A stretch of 37,888 bases of DNA, taken from sequence record DRR378314_1703; one strand, given 5' to 3'. The translations under genes and the position numbers were made by a program. Under the pieces are notes generated by a model, which had not been told where the DNA came from, did no database searches, and was given only the letters and a program-made list of their open reading frames with translations. Below are positions 10,828 through 20,089 of the stretch, piece by piece (positions within the stretch are counted from its first letter, which is position 1; every line of letters starts with the position of its first letter).

Positions 10828-10951
10828 CGCAGATATGTTTGCATGTTGGTTAATCGGGGCATCCTCAGCGGGTTGAACTCGCTTTTGTTAGAGGCCCCAG
10901 AGCGAGAAGCACCATCAGATAGTCATGTTTCCCCTGTATCGCCCCTTCGTT

Positions 10952-10999
10952 TGCCTGTTTTTTCACCAACAACAGCAATAGCTGATCAAAATTTGACCA
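10952..10999. promoter_or_regulatory. Two possible NtrC-like 17-bp boxes in the divergent ureD-urtA intergenic region
   Basis: TGCCTGTTTTTTCACCA (10952) and near-palindromic TGATCAAAATTTGACCA (10983), 31 bp apart. Only loosely match TGC-N11-GCA. Confidence 0.3.
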
Positions 11000-11234
11000 A
11001 TTCCTGGGGTGATGCGAATTAATCCAGCTCTGAAATTGCCAAACGTGCCGCACTGCAGAATGGATTAATCACCTGCCGAGGGACGGGACGTTCTAAATCG
11101 GGGGTGTGTGACGACCATGCGAATTGGACCTCGACCAGGCCGTCACACGATTTGCAACAAGAGTTGCGGGGTTAGCTAAGGGTAGATCGCGCAGATGCGC
11201 AAGACATTCCCCGACGCCCCGCGAGGAGAATAGT

Positions 11235-12515
11235 ATGACCTTTCTAAAATCCACACTCGCGGGATCGATGGTGTTTGCCGCTCTGGCCACATCCGCAGCC
11301 GCGGCAGACGATACAATCAAGGTTGGCGTTCTGCACTCGCTGTCCGGCACGATGGCCATTTCCGAAACAACATTGAAAGACACCATGCTGATGTTGATCG
11401 ACCAGCAAAACGCCAAGGGTGGTTTGCTGGGCAAGCAACTTGAGGCGGTTGTGGTTGACCCTGCATCAGACTGGCCGCTGTTTGCAGAAAAAGCCCGTGA
11501 GCTGCTGAGTGTGCATGAAGTGGACGTGATCTTTGGCAACTGGACCAGCGTTAGCCGCAAATCCGTTCTGCCAGTGATCGAAGAGTTGAACGGCCTCTTG
11601 TTCTACCCTGTGCAATATGAGGGCGAAGAAAGCTCTAAAAACGTGTTTTACACCGGTGCCGCACCAAACCAGCAGGCAATTCCTGCTACTGATTATTTCC
11701 TGGAGGAACTGGGAGTCGAGAAATTTGCTCTGCTCGGCACGGACTATGTCTATCCCAGGACCACCAATAATATTCTTGAAAGCTATCTGAAGCAAAAAGG
11801 CATTGCGGACGATGACATCTTTGTAAACTACACACCCTTTGGCCATTCTGACTGGTCCAAGATTGTCGCTGATGTTGTGGCTTTGGGTGCCGACGGCAAG
11901 AAAGTCGGCGTGATCTCGACCATTAATGGCGATGCGAACATTGGTTTTTACAAGGAGCTGGCTGCGGCTGGCGTTTCGGCCGATGACATTCCGGTTGTCG
12001 CCTTCTCAGTGGGTGAGGAAGAACTTGCCGGTCTGGATACCTCCAACCTCGTGGGTCATCTGGCCGCCTGGAATTATTTCCAGTCTGCCGACACTGAAGT
12101 GAACGCCGAGTTCATCAAAACGTGGAAGGCAACCATGGGCGAAGAGCGCGTCACCAATGATCCCATGGAAGCCCATTTCATCGGTTTCAACATGTGGGTG
12201 AACGCCGCAACCGCTGCCGAGAGCACGGATGTGGATGCGGTGCGCGCGAAAATGTATGGTCAGGAATATCCTAACCTGACCGGCGGCACGGCAGTCATGC
12301 TGCCGAACCATCACCTCGCCAAACCCGTACTGATTGGTGAAATTCAGGATGACGGGCAGTTTGATATCATCAGCCAGACCGACGAAGTGCCCGGCGACGC
12401 ATGGACCGACTTCCTGCCGGAGTCGTCGGTGCTGATGTCCGATTGGAAGGACCTTGGTTGCGGTATGTACAACACCGAAACCAAGACCTGCGTTCAGACC
12501 TTATCGAACTACTAA
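11235..12515 (+). CDS. urtA: Urea ABC transporter substrate-binding protein
   Basis: Signal peptide, IKVGVLHSLSGTMAISE, WTSVSRKSVLP, FYPVQYEG and GTDYVYPR. SD GAGGAG before ATG 11235. Confidence 0.96.
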   Translation: MTFLKSTLAGSMVFAALATSAAAADDTIKVGVLHSLSGTMAISETTLKDTMLMLIDQQNAKGGLLGKQLEAVVVDPASDWPLFAEKARELLSVHEVDVIFGNWTSVSRKSVLPVIEELNGLLFYPVQYEGEESSKNVFYTGAAPNQQAIPATDYFLEELGVEKFALLGTDYVYPRTTNNILESYLKQKGIADDDIFVNYTPFGHSDWSKIVADVVALGADGKKVGVISTINGDANIGFYKELAAAGVSADDIPVVAFSVGEEELAGLDTSNLVGHLAAWNYFQSADTEVNAEFIKTWKATMGEERVTNDPMEAHFIGFNMWVNAATAAESTDVDAVRAKMYGQEYPNLTGGTAVMLPNHHLAKPVLIGEIQDDGQFDIISQTDEVPGDAWTDFLPESSVLMSDWKDLGCGMYNTETKTCVQTLSNY

Positions 12516-12529
12516 CGAGCACCCCAATC

Positions 12530-12554
12530 GGAGGGGGTCACAACGGCCCCCTTC
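12530..12554 (+). terminator. Stem-loop after urtA (partial terminator or mRNA stabiliser)
   Basis: GGAGGGGGTC-ACAAC-GGCCCCCTTC, with no clear U-tract. Confidence 0.5.
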
Positions 12555-12578
12555 TCAAATTGCGCGGAACATCCTGAC

Positions 12579-14534
12579 ATGAAAACGTTTCTTTTTGCGA
12601 TTTTCGCAATTATCTTGTCCTGCTTTGCCGTCAGCGCCCAAGACAGTGCAATCCAGCCGTTGTTGCAGGAAAACCAGGCGTTAATTGCCAAAAGTTCCCG
12701 CAAAACCATCGGGCCGGTGATTGATGCGATTGCCGATAGCAGAATGGCTCAGGCGCAAAGCGTCTTGGAAAACTGGGCGGCAAAAGACATGTGGATGCGC
12801 AAGTCTGACGGGCTATTTTTCAAAGGTGAAGCCGCTGCAGATCGGCACATCCAACTGATTGATTTTGATAGCCGCGAGGTGGTCGGAACCGTTGCCAAGT
12901 CAGATCTAAAACAGCTTAAACCCAATAGCGGTGTCCGCGCCCTGATCGCCACTGCGCTCGTGCGTTTCCAACTTCTGGACCCGGACAAGTCAAAGCGGCA
13001 AGACGCGCTGACTTCCATTCAGAGAGACCCGAACGGGGAACTTCTCGCGCCATTGCGGGCCTCGATAGAGAAAGAGCTGGATGCCGACCTCAAAGCGCAA
13101 AAGCAGCGGCTAGAACGGCTTTTGACCATCGGTTATGACAGCGACCCAGAAGCGCGTATCAATGCCATCACGGATATGTCCGGCGATCTTGGCGTTGATC
13201 TGCGGGCCACGCTGAACCCTATTGTTGCAACGACACGTGGTGTGGCCCTTGGCGTTCTGCCCGAAAACATCAATCTGGCCGCGACCCTGCAACCGGGCGA
13301 TGACGGGTTTTCGCATGATGATGCCTATGAACTATTGGTCAGAAATAATATGGCCCCGCCGCGCATTTCACCGGATGCCATCCACGCCGCATTGTCCGAA
13401 AACATCGACGGCGGGCGCGTTGCCGGTTTTCCCTTGGTACAAATGAACACCGATGACGCCCGCAGGCTGGCCTATCAGGCCTTGGCCGAAGCGGGCAAGG
13501 TACCGCCCTTTGTAACTGAGACACAGGTGTCCCTGTCGTTGGCGCAACACGTATTTTTCGACAGCTATGCCGACCCGTCACCCCAAGTGACAGAGGCCGC
13601 AGCGAAGGCGTTGAAATCAATCGAACTGAAAGTCGGACTTAACCGCACAATTGATTTACTGCTCGACGCCTTGTCACTGGCCTCGATCTATTTTCTAGCG
13701 GCAATCGGGCTGGCCATCACCTTTGGTGTGATGGGTGTCATCAACATGGCGCATGGCGAATTTATCATGATGGGGGCCTATACTGGATATGTCGTGCAGC
13801 AGATCATCCCTGATCACACCCTCTCGATCATAGTGGCGATCCCAATGGCCTTTGCCGTTACCTTTGCCGCAGGGGTGGCAATGGAACGGCTGGTCATTCG
13901 CTGGCTCTATGATCGCCCGCTTGAGACATTGTTGGCGACCTTCGGCATTTCGATTGCACTGCAACAACTGGCAAAAAACATCTTTGGCACGCAGGCGCGT
14001 CCGCTGACCTCACCGGGATGGCTGGACGGGGCGCTGGTGTTGAACGATGTGGTATCGATCAGTTTTATCCGCATCGCGATATTCTTCCTCGCGCTCTTAT
14101 TCCTCTGCGTGTTCCTGTTCATAATGAAGCGCACCCGGCTGGGGCTTGAAACCCGTGCTGTCACGCAAAACCCGCGGATGGCCGCGTCGATGGGCATCAA
14201 TCCGGGCCGGGTGAACATGCTGACCTTTGGCCTTGGCTCTGGTATCGCAGGTGTTGCCGGGGTGGCGATTGGACTGTTTGCCAAGGTCACATCCGAACTC
14301 GGTTCCGACTACATCGTGCAAAGTTTTATGACCGTAGTTGTCGGCGGCGTTGGCAATATATGGGGCACGCTTGCAGGGGCGGCAATGATCGGCTTCCTGC
14401 AAAAGGGGATCGAATGGTTGAACCCCTCGAACACGCTGGCAGCGCAGACTTACATGATCATCTTTATCATCATCTTTATCCAGTTCCGACCAAGAGGGAT
14501 TATCGCCCTCAAAGGTCGTGCGGCGGGGGATTGA
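12579..14534 (+). CDS. urtB: Urea ABC transporter permease UrtB (large N-terminal periplasmic domain)
   Basis: GLAITFGVMGVINMAHGEF, RPLETLLATFG and SFMTVVVGGVG; position in the operon. Confidence 0.94.
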   Translation: MKTFLFAIFAIILSCFAVSAQDSAIQPLLQENQALIAKSSRKTIGPVIDAIADSRMAQAQSVLENWAAKDMWMRKSDGLFFKGEAAADRHIQLIDFDSREVVGTVAKSDLKQLKPNSGVRALIATALVRFQLLDPDKSKRQDALTSIQRDPNGELLAPLRASIEKELDADLKAQKQRLERLLTIGYDSDPEARINAITDMSGDLGVDLRATLNPIVATTRGVALGVLPENINLAATLQPGDDGFSHDDAYELLVRNNMAPPRISPDAIHAALSENIDGGRVAGFPLVQMNTDDARRLAYQALAEAGKVPPFVTETQVSLSLAQHVFFDSYADPSPQVTEAAAKALKSIELKVGLNRTIDLLLDALSLASIYFLAAIGLAITFGVMGVINMAHGEFIMMGAYTGYVVQQIIPDHTLSIIVAIPMAFAVTFAAGVAMERLVIRWLYDRPLETLLATFGISIALQQLAKNIFGTQARPLTSPGWLDGALVLNDVVSISFIRIAIFFLALLFLCVFLFIMKRTRLGLETRAVTQNPRMAASMGINPGRVNMLTFGLGSGIAGVAGVAIGLFAKVTSELGSDYIVQSFMTVVVGGVGNIWGTLAGAAMIGFLQKGIEWLNPSNTLAAQTYMIIFIIIFIQFRPRGIIALKGRAAGD

Positions 14535-14537
14535 ACC

Positions 14538-15767
14538 ATGCAGCAATCATTTATCACAAAGAACCCTTCGGTGCTGGTGTTTCTGGCCATCCTTGCGTTG
14601 TTTACCCTTGGTGTAACGCTCCTGTCCGAAGGGGCCGGTGCAGGCTTCATCTCTACCAGTTTCATCAAAACACTGGGCAAGACACTGTGCCTTTGCCTGA
14701 TCGCCGTGGCCATGGATCTGATCTGGGGCTTCACCGGCATCCTGAGCCTTGGTCACTTCGCCTTCTTTGGCCTTGGCGGATATATGATTGGCATGTGGTT
14801 GATGTATGAACGCACGCGTCTGATCGTGGTTGAATCTCTGTCCCAAAGCGAAATCCCTGCCACGACTGCCGAAATCACCGACGCCATCGGGCACCAGATT
14901 TTCGGCGTGGTCGGATCCAGCGACTTCCCCCTCATCTGGGCCTTCGCCGACAGTCTCTTTCTGCAACTGGCCCTGGTGGTCATCGTTCCCGGCATCCTTG
15001 CGCTGATCTTTGGCTGGTTGGCCTTTCGCAGCCGCGTGACCGGCGTATATCTATCGATCCTGACGCAGGCCATGACGCTCGCCCTCGCGCTTTATCTATT
15101 CCAGAATGACAGCGGTTTGCGGGGCAACAACGGGCTTTCCGGCTTGCAGAACCTTCCTGGGGTCACGGCTCCGCAAGACATGGTATCCCTGTGGTTCTTC
15201 TGGGGGTCGGCGCTGGCGCTTGGGCTGGGCTACATGTTGGCCGCATGGATCGTTTCGGGGAAATTCGGCTCAGTGATACGCGGCATTCGCGATAACGAAG
15301 CACGGGTGCGGTTCCTTGGCTATTCGGTCGAGGTGTATAAGCTGGTTTTCTTTACACTTACGGCCTGCATCGCTGCCATTGCAGGGGCTCTGTACTATCC
15401 GCAGGCAGGCATCATCAACCCGGCCGAAATCGCCCCTATTGCGTCGATCTATCTGGCTGTCTGGGTCGCCATTGGCGGGCGCGGGCGGTTGTATGGCGCG
15501 GTCATCGGCGCGGCTTTGGTCAGTTTGTTATCGTCTTGGTTCACAGGCGGGCAGGCACCAGATATCCCACTGGGCTTTGCCACCATCAAATGGGTGGATT
15601 GGTGGTTGGTCCTGCTGGGGTTGTCGTTTGTTTTGGTGACATTGTTTGCACCCAAAGGCATCGGCGGGCTGATTGATCTCTGGACCGAGCGGCGCACGCC
15701 TGATCGCCATGGTGCTGACCTTGGCCCCGATGCTGGTGCATTGCGCGAACAGGAGGCCCAGCAATGA
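14538..15767 (+). CDS. urtC: Urea ABC transporter permease UrtC
   Basis: DLIWGFTGILSLGH, FRSRVTGVYLSILTQA, IRDNEARVRFLGY and WVAIGGRG. Confidence 0.94.
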   Translation: MQQSFITKNPSVLVFLAILALFTLGVTLLSEGAGAGFISTSFIKTLGKTLCLCLIAVAMDLIWGFTGILSLGHFAFFGLGGYMIGMWLMYERTRLIVVESLSQSEIPATTAEITDAIGHQIFGVVGSSDFPLIWAFADSLFLQLALVVIVPGILALIFGWLAFRSRVTGVYLSILTQAMTLALALYLFQNDSGLRGNNGLSGLQNLPGVTAPQDMVSLWFFWGSALALGLGYMLAAWIVSGKFGSVIRGIRDNEARVRFLGYSVEVYKLVFFTLTACIAAIAGALYYPQAGIINPAEIAPIASIYLAVWVAIGGRGRLYGAVIGAALVSLLSSWFTGGQAPDIPLGFATIKWVDWWLVLLGLSFVLVTLFAPKGIGGLIDLWTERRTPDRHGADLGPDAGALREQEAQQ

Positions 15768-16504
15768 GGACGCTTCTCGAAGTATCTGGCGTTTCCGTCT
15801 CTTTCGACGGGTTTCGCGCTATCAACAACCTGTCCTTTCGCGTGGCCGAGGCAGAGTTACGCGCCGTGATCGGTCCGAATGGCGCAGGCAAGACCACCTT
15901 CATGGATATCGTGACAGGCAAAACAAAACCCGATGAAGGGCGCGTGATCTGGGGTGAAAAATCGGTGTCCTTGCTGAAAATGAGCGAGGCCAAGATCGCA
16001 CAGGCCGGTGTCGGGCGAAAATTTCAGAAACCCACAGTTTTTGAGGACCAGACGGTGCAGGAGAACCTGCAAATGGCATTGAAAAAACCACGCGGTTGGC
16101 TGGCGGTGCTTGGGTATAGGACAAGCACCGATGACCTCGAGAAAATCGCGGATCTGGCGAAACAGATCGGTCTAAGTGACGCGCTGACACGTAAATCGGG
16201 CGAATTGAGCCATGGCCAGAAACAATGGCTTGAGATTGGCATGCTGTTGGCACAGGAGCCCCGTCTGCTGCTTGTCGATGAACCTGCCGCCGGTATGACG
16301 CCGGAAGAGCGTGAACACACTACAGATATTCTGCTTGAGGCGGCCAGAACCCGCGCCGTTGTTGTCGTTGAACATGATATGGATTTCGTGCGCCGGCTCA
16401 ATTGCAAGGTCACGGTGCTGCATGAAGGGTCGGTTCTGGCCGAAGGCAGTCTTGATCACGTGACCTCAAACCAAGACGTGATCGACGTCTATCTGGGACG
16501 GTAG
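15764..16504 (+). CDS. urtD: Urea ABC transporter ATP-binding protein UrtD
   Basis: VSFDGFRA, GPNGAGKTT, GRKFQKP, LSHGQKQWLEIGM and DEP. Confidence 0.95.
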   Translation: MRTLLEVSGVSVSFDGFRAINNLSFRVAEAELRAVIGPNGAGKTTFMDIVTGKTKPDEGRVIWGEKSVSLLKMSEAKIAQAGVGRKFQKPTVFEDQTVQENLQMALKKPRGWLAVLGYRTSTDDLEKIADLAKQIGLSDALTRKSGELSHGQKQWLEIGMLLAQEPRLLLVDEPAAGMTPEEREHTTDILLEAARTRAVVVVEHDMDFVRRLNCKVTVLHEGSVLAEGSLDHVTSNQDVIDVYLGR

Positions 16505-16507
16505 GAT

Positions 16508-17203
16508 ATGTTGAAACTTGAAAACCTCACACTGCACTACGGGCATTCTCAAATTCTCAATGGCATTTCGATGGAGGCTGCGCAGGGTGAAGTAACCTGT
16601 GTCATGGGCACCAATGGCGTTGGCAAAACCAGCCTGATCAAGGCGATTTCGGGCACGCATCCGCGCTCTGGCGGGGCGGTCCATTTTGATGGGATCGAAC
16701 TGGGTGTGTTTCCGGCGCATAAACTGGCCCATCTGGGTATCGCGTATGTCCCGCAGGGCCGCGAGATCTTTCCACTAATGTCCGTACGTGAAAACCTTGA
16801 GACCGGTTTTGTTTGTTTGCCCGCCGAAGAACACTTCATCCCCGACCAGATTTTCGAGCTGTTTCCCGTGCTAAAAGAGATGCAAATGCGACGGGGCGGC
16901 GACCTATCGGGAGGTCAGCAGCAACAGCTGGCAATTGCGCGGGCACTGATCACCAAGCCAAAGCTGTTGCTTCTGGATGAACCAACCGAAGGGATTCAAC
17001 CCAATATCATCCAGCAAATTGGCAATGTCATCCGCCTGTTGCGCGATCAGGGTGACATGGCAATTGTGCTTGTCGAACAATATTTTGAATTCGCCTATAA
17101 TCTGGCCGACCGCTTTGTCGTTTTGCGGCGCGGGGAGGTTATCTTGCAAGGCGCAAAGCAGGATCTGTCCAAAGCCGAAGTTTTGAAAGGTGTTTCCGTG
17201 TGA
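16508..17203 (+). CDS. urtE: Urea ABC transporter ATP-binding protein UrtE
   Basis: GTNGVGKT, YVPQGREIFP, GGDLSGGQQQQL and DEPTEGIQP. Confidence 0.95.
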   Translation: MLKLENLTLHYGHSQILNGISMEAAQGEVTCVMGTNGVGKTSLIKAISGTHPRSGGAVHFDGIELGVFPAHKLAHLGIAYVPQGREIFPLMSVRENLETGFVCLPAEEHFIPDQIFELFPVLKEMQMRRGGDLSGGQQQQLAIARALITKPKLLLLDEPTEGIQPNIIQQIGNVIRLLRDQGDMAIVLVEQYFEFAYNLADRFVVLRRGEVILQGAKQDLSKAEVLKGVSV

Positions 17204-17340
17204 TACACTTGCGCGAGGTCTGCCCCAAAACAGTCCGGTGAATTGATCACGTCCTTCGCAGAACCGTGTCCCTTGAAGTCAGTATGGGGGCAGTTGAACT
17301 TACCCTAACAGGCCACAAGGAGGTTACTGGCTTCTTGTTT

Positions 17341-18066
17341 CTACAGCGTCAGCGTTCCAATGCTGGACCCGCCGCAGACAAAAAGCGTCTGCCCTGTCAC
17401 AAAACTATTTGCAGGATCGCAGAAGAACAGGAAGGCGTTGGTGACATCCTGCACCTGCCCCAGACGCCCGACCGGAATGCGTTTGGTCAATTCCGCTTCG
17501 CGTTCGCTTTCCTTGGGAATAATCCCCCAAAAATTGTCTGTTTGTACCGGGCCGGGTGCCACAACATTCACTGTAATGCCGTGCGGTGCCAGTTCCAGCG
17601 CCCATGTGCGCGCCATTCCGATCATACCCGCCTTTGATGCAGAGTAAGCCGTGCGTGTCGGCGCACCCAGGGCCGCCCGCGATGCATTGAACATGACGCG
17701 TCCGAAACCACGCTCTTTCATTCCCGGCAGAAATGCTTGCAGCAATGTCAGAGCAGAGCCGAGATGTAATTGTGCCAATCCGGTGATGTCATCCGGTTTT
17801 GCGTCTTCGATCAGATTGGGCCAGATCAATCCGGCGTTATGAACCAAATGGGTCACCTCGTAACGCGCGGCAATATCGGCGGCCGCCTGCGCCACTGACG
17901 CAGGATCCAGTAAATCCGCCTCGATATGTTCGCAACCTTCGGCGCTCCACTCTGCGATATTACGTGCAATGGACACCACACGGTACCCCCGTTCCAGCAG
18001 ACGTTGTGCCAGATCTGCGCCAATGCCTTTACTCCCGCCGGTAATGACGGCTGTGTGTTCAGTCAT
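17341..18066 (-). CDS. Classical short-chain dehydrogenase/reductase
   Basis: TGGSKGIG, HNAG, YSASK and NVVAPG. Start at ATG 18066, overlapping the upstream TGA. Confidence 0.92.
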   Translation of the reverse strand: MTEHTAVITGGSKGIGADLAQRLLERGYRVVSIARNIAEWSAEGCEHIEADLLDPASVAQAAADIAARYEVTHLVHNAGLIWPNLIEDAKPDDITGLAQLHLGSALTLLQAFLPGMKERGFGRVMFNASRAALGAPTRTAYSASKAGMIGMARTWALELAPHGITVNVVAPGPVQTDNFWGIIPKESEREAELTKRIPVGRLGQVQDVTNAFLFFCDPANSFVTGQTLFVCGGSSIGTLTL

Positions 18067-18845
18067 TCGATGTCTCCGGGTATCAGGGCCAGCACGCGCA
18101 GCGGGCTGCCGGTGCCGCCTTTGATCTTCAGCGGTGGCGCGATCAGCATCGCACCGGTCGGCGGCAGCTGGTCCAGATTGCACAGGCATTGCAGCCCGTA
18201 TTTTCCAGCCCCATGTAGCAGGTAATGTGCCGGATAAGGCGGTTCATAGTGCATCCCCTGCCCTGCGTCGGTGCCCACTGTTTCCGTGCCGAAACCACGG
18301 ATACCGCGTTCCAGCAGCAGCGAAATGGCCGCTGGTGTCGGCCCCGGCGAATGTGGGCCGTCCTCGCGCATATTCAGGTAATCAGTACCGCGCCGCCGCG
18401 ACCAATCACTGCGCATCAGCACCCATACCCCTGAGGGGATCTTGCCGTGCTGATCTTCCCAGGCAGTGATGATGTCGGGCGTCAGCTCAAAGTCATCGTC
18501 GCTGGCGGCCCCATCGGAACAGTCGAGCACAACCACAGGTCCGACAAAAGCCTCGACCGGAATTTCATCAACCGCACCCGCCGGTACATCTTTGCCCGAA
18601 ATCCAGTGAATAGGTGCATCAAAATGCGTGCCTGTGTGTTCGTTCAGCGTCAGGTTGTGCCATTTCCATGCCGGGCCGCGATGATCGTAGGCAGACACCT
18701 CCTCCATCCGAAAGCGCGCGCATTGGCCAAACTCCGGCGGCAATACGATCACCGGGAAATCGGCGTCCAATGTATGTGTCAGGTCGACGATCCTTGCCTG
18801 CCCGCCCGCAAGAGCTGCGGCCAGCCCTGTGATTGCATCGCTCAT
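18063..18845 (-). CDS. Cyclase/kynurenine formamidase-family metallohydrolase, isatin hydrolase-like
   Basis: EHTGTHFDAPxH metal motif, GTDAGQ and PLKIKGGTGSPLR. By recollection very close to Labrenzia aggregata isatin hydrolase A (e.g. FPVIVLPPEFGQCARFRMEE.SAYDHRGPAWKWHN). Confidence 0.88.
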   Translation of the reverse strand: MSDAITGLAAALAGGQARIVDLTHTLDADFPVIVLPPEFGQCARFRMEEVSAYDHRGPAWKWHNLTLNEHTGTHFDAPIHWISGKDVPAGAVDEIPVEAFVGPVVVLDCSDGAASDDDFELTPDIITAWEDQHGKIPSGVWVLMRSDWSRRRGTDYLNMREDGPHSPGPTPAAISLLLERGIRGFGTETVGTDAGQGMHYEPPYPAHYLLHGAGKYGLQCLCNLDQLPPTGAMLIAPPLKIKGGTGSPLRVLALIPGDIE

Positions 18846-20089
18846 GAATGTCCCCCGCGCGTTTCACGTTCCAACAACGCCGGATCGGACAGCCACCGGT
18901 CAAGCGCATCTGTGGCGATATCCCCACATGCGACCTCTTCCAGCCCGTCAACCAAGCCGTCGATGACCGTCCGCGCCAGCGCTTTGGGTGACACCTTGGG
19001 CGGCAGCAATGGCTGGTGCCAAGCGTCATCAACCGGGCCTGTATAGACATTCATCACCCGCAACCCCGACGCACTGAACTCGCCACGCATGGTCTGGGCA
19101 ACGGATCGCGCCGCCGCTTGGCTCGCCGCAAAACCACCAAATCCCATATCCGGTGCCAGCGCCTGTACTGACAGAATATTAACCCATGCCACCGCAGCGT
19201 TGATTCCGTCTGCGGTACGTGCGCACATCGCAGGGCCGAACCCCTGGGCCAGTCGCATCAGGCCCAGCACATTGGTTTCCAATCCGTCGCGGGCAAAAAC
19301 CGTATCGCCAGCCACCACCCCACCGGGGCGGATGAATTGCGCGGTGTTGATTAAAATATCAACCTTCCCGCCGATTTCTGCCGCCAGTCGCGCAACAGAG
19401 GCCGTGTCGGTCACATCCAGCGGCATCAGCGCCACGTTTTCCATCGCCGCCAATGCCTCCCGGCCTTCCCATCGCCGCCAGCTTTCCGCTTCCCCAAGAA
19501 AGATGGTCGTCGCCCCGGCGCGCTGCAATGCTTCGGCCAAGGGTTGTGCAAGAGGCGAACGCGCATCAGTGATCAGGACGCGCCGGTGTTTCGGGTCGCA
19601 CGACATCGCGCGGAGCATCGGATCATCCTGCATCGTTTCACTTCCTTTCAGCGGCAGCGCCACCATGACGCCCTGTCCGGCCTTATCCAATTTCAATGCC
19701 ATGCGTACGCCATCACCGCGCGCAACCTCGCCATGCAGATGGCAGACAACAACCGGCCCCGCTGCAAGTTGGACCGAGCCCATCCGCCATGGCAAACGTT
19801 CACGGAAATAGGGGTCGGGCGAGACCCGAATGGTGGTTTGCGCCAGCACCTGCGCGGCGGGATCAGTCAAACGCCACTCAAGGGCTACAGACAGACATTT
19901 GCAGCAAGCATCGCGCGGCGGGTATTGAACCGCACCGCAGTCCACACAGTGTTGCAGCGCAAATTGTCCCCGCGCAGCCGCAATGCCCAGACCCAATGCC
20001 GCGCGCGATCTCTTCACCGGCGGCAGCGTCGGTACAACGGTCCTTTTTTGCGGGTCTTTTGGTGCCGGAACCGGCAGCGGTTTGGTCAT
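18842..20089 (-). CDS. DUF35-type Zn-ribbon/OB-fold domain fused to a degenerate SDR domain
   Basis: CVDC...YPPR..CCKC Zn ribbon plus OB fold. C-terminal Rossmann-like region has TDARSPLA in place of TGxxxGxG and FAASQ in place of YxxxK. Start ATG 20089. Confidence 0.85.
   Translation of the reverse strand: MTKPLPVPAPKDPQKRTVVPTLPPVKRSRAALGLGIAAARGQFALQHCVDCGAVQYPPRDACCKCLSVALEWRLTDPAAQVLAQTTIRVSPDPYFRERLPWRMGSVQLAAGPVVVCHLHGEVARGDGVRMALKLDKAGQGVMVALPLKGSETMQDDPMLRAMSCDPKHRRVLITDARSPLAQPLAEALQRAGATTIFLGEAESWRRWEGREALAAMENVALMPLDVTDTASVARLAAEIGGKVDILINTAQFIRPGGVVAGDTVFARDGLETNVLGLMRLAQGFGPAMCARTADGINAAVAWVNILSVQALAPDMGFGGFAASQAAARSVAQTMRGEFSASGLRVMNVYTGPVDDAWHQPLLPPKVSPKALARTVIDGLVDGLEEVACGDIATDALDRWLSDPALLERETRGGHS

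Noticed and set aside
11070-11234. Guanidine-I (ykkC) riboswitch upstream of the urea transporter
   Set aside because: The conserved 3' motif of that class is not recognisable; kept only as an unassigned structured leader.
12577-12587. ACATGAAAACG matching 11 nt of the putative MarR operator at the urtB start
   Set aside because: Lacks the CATAT half-site and is explained by the Met-Lys-Thr codons.
12579-13640. Unusually long N-terminal region of UrtB as a novel fusion
   Set aside because: Extended periplasmic N-termini are common in proteobacterial UrtB proteins.
18063-18845. Assignment as kynurenine formamidase kynB
   Set aside because: Same fold, but the sequence resembles isatin hydrolase and no kynA/kynU genes are adjacent.
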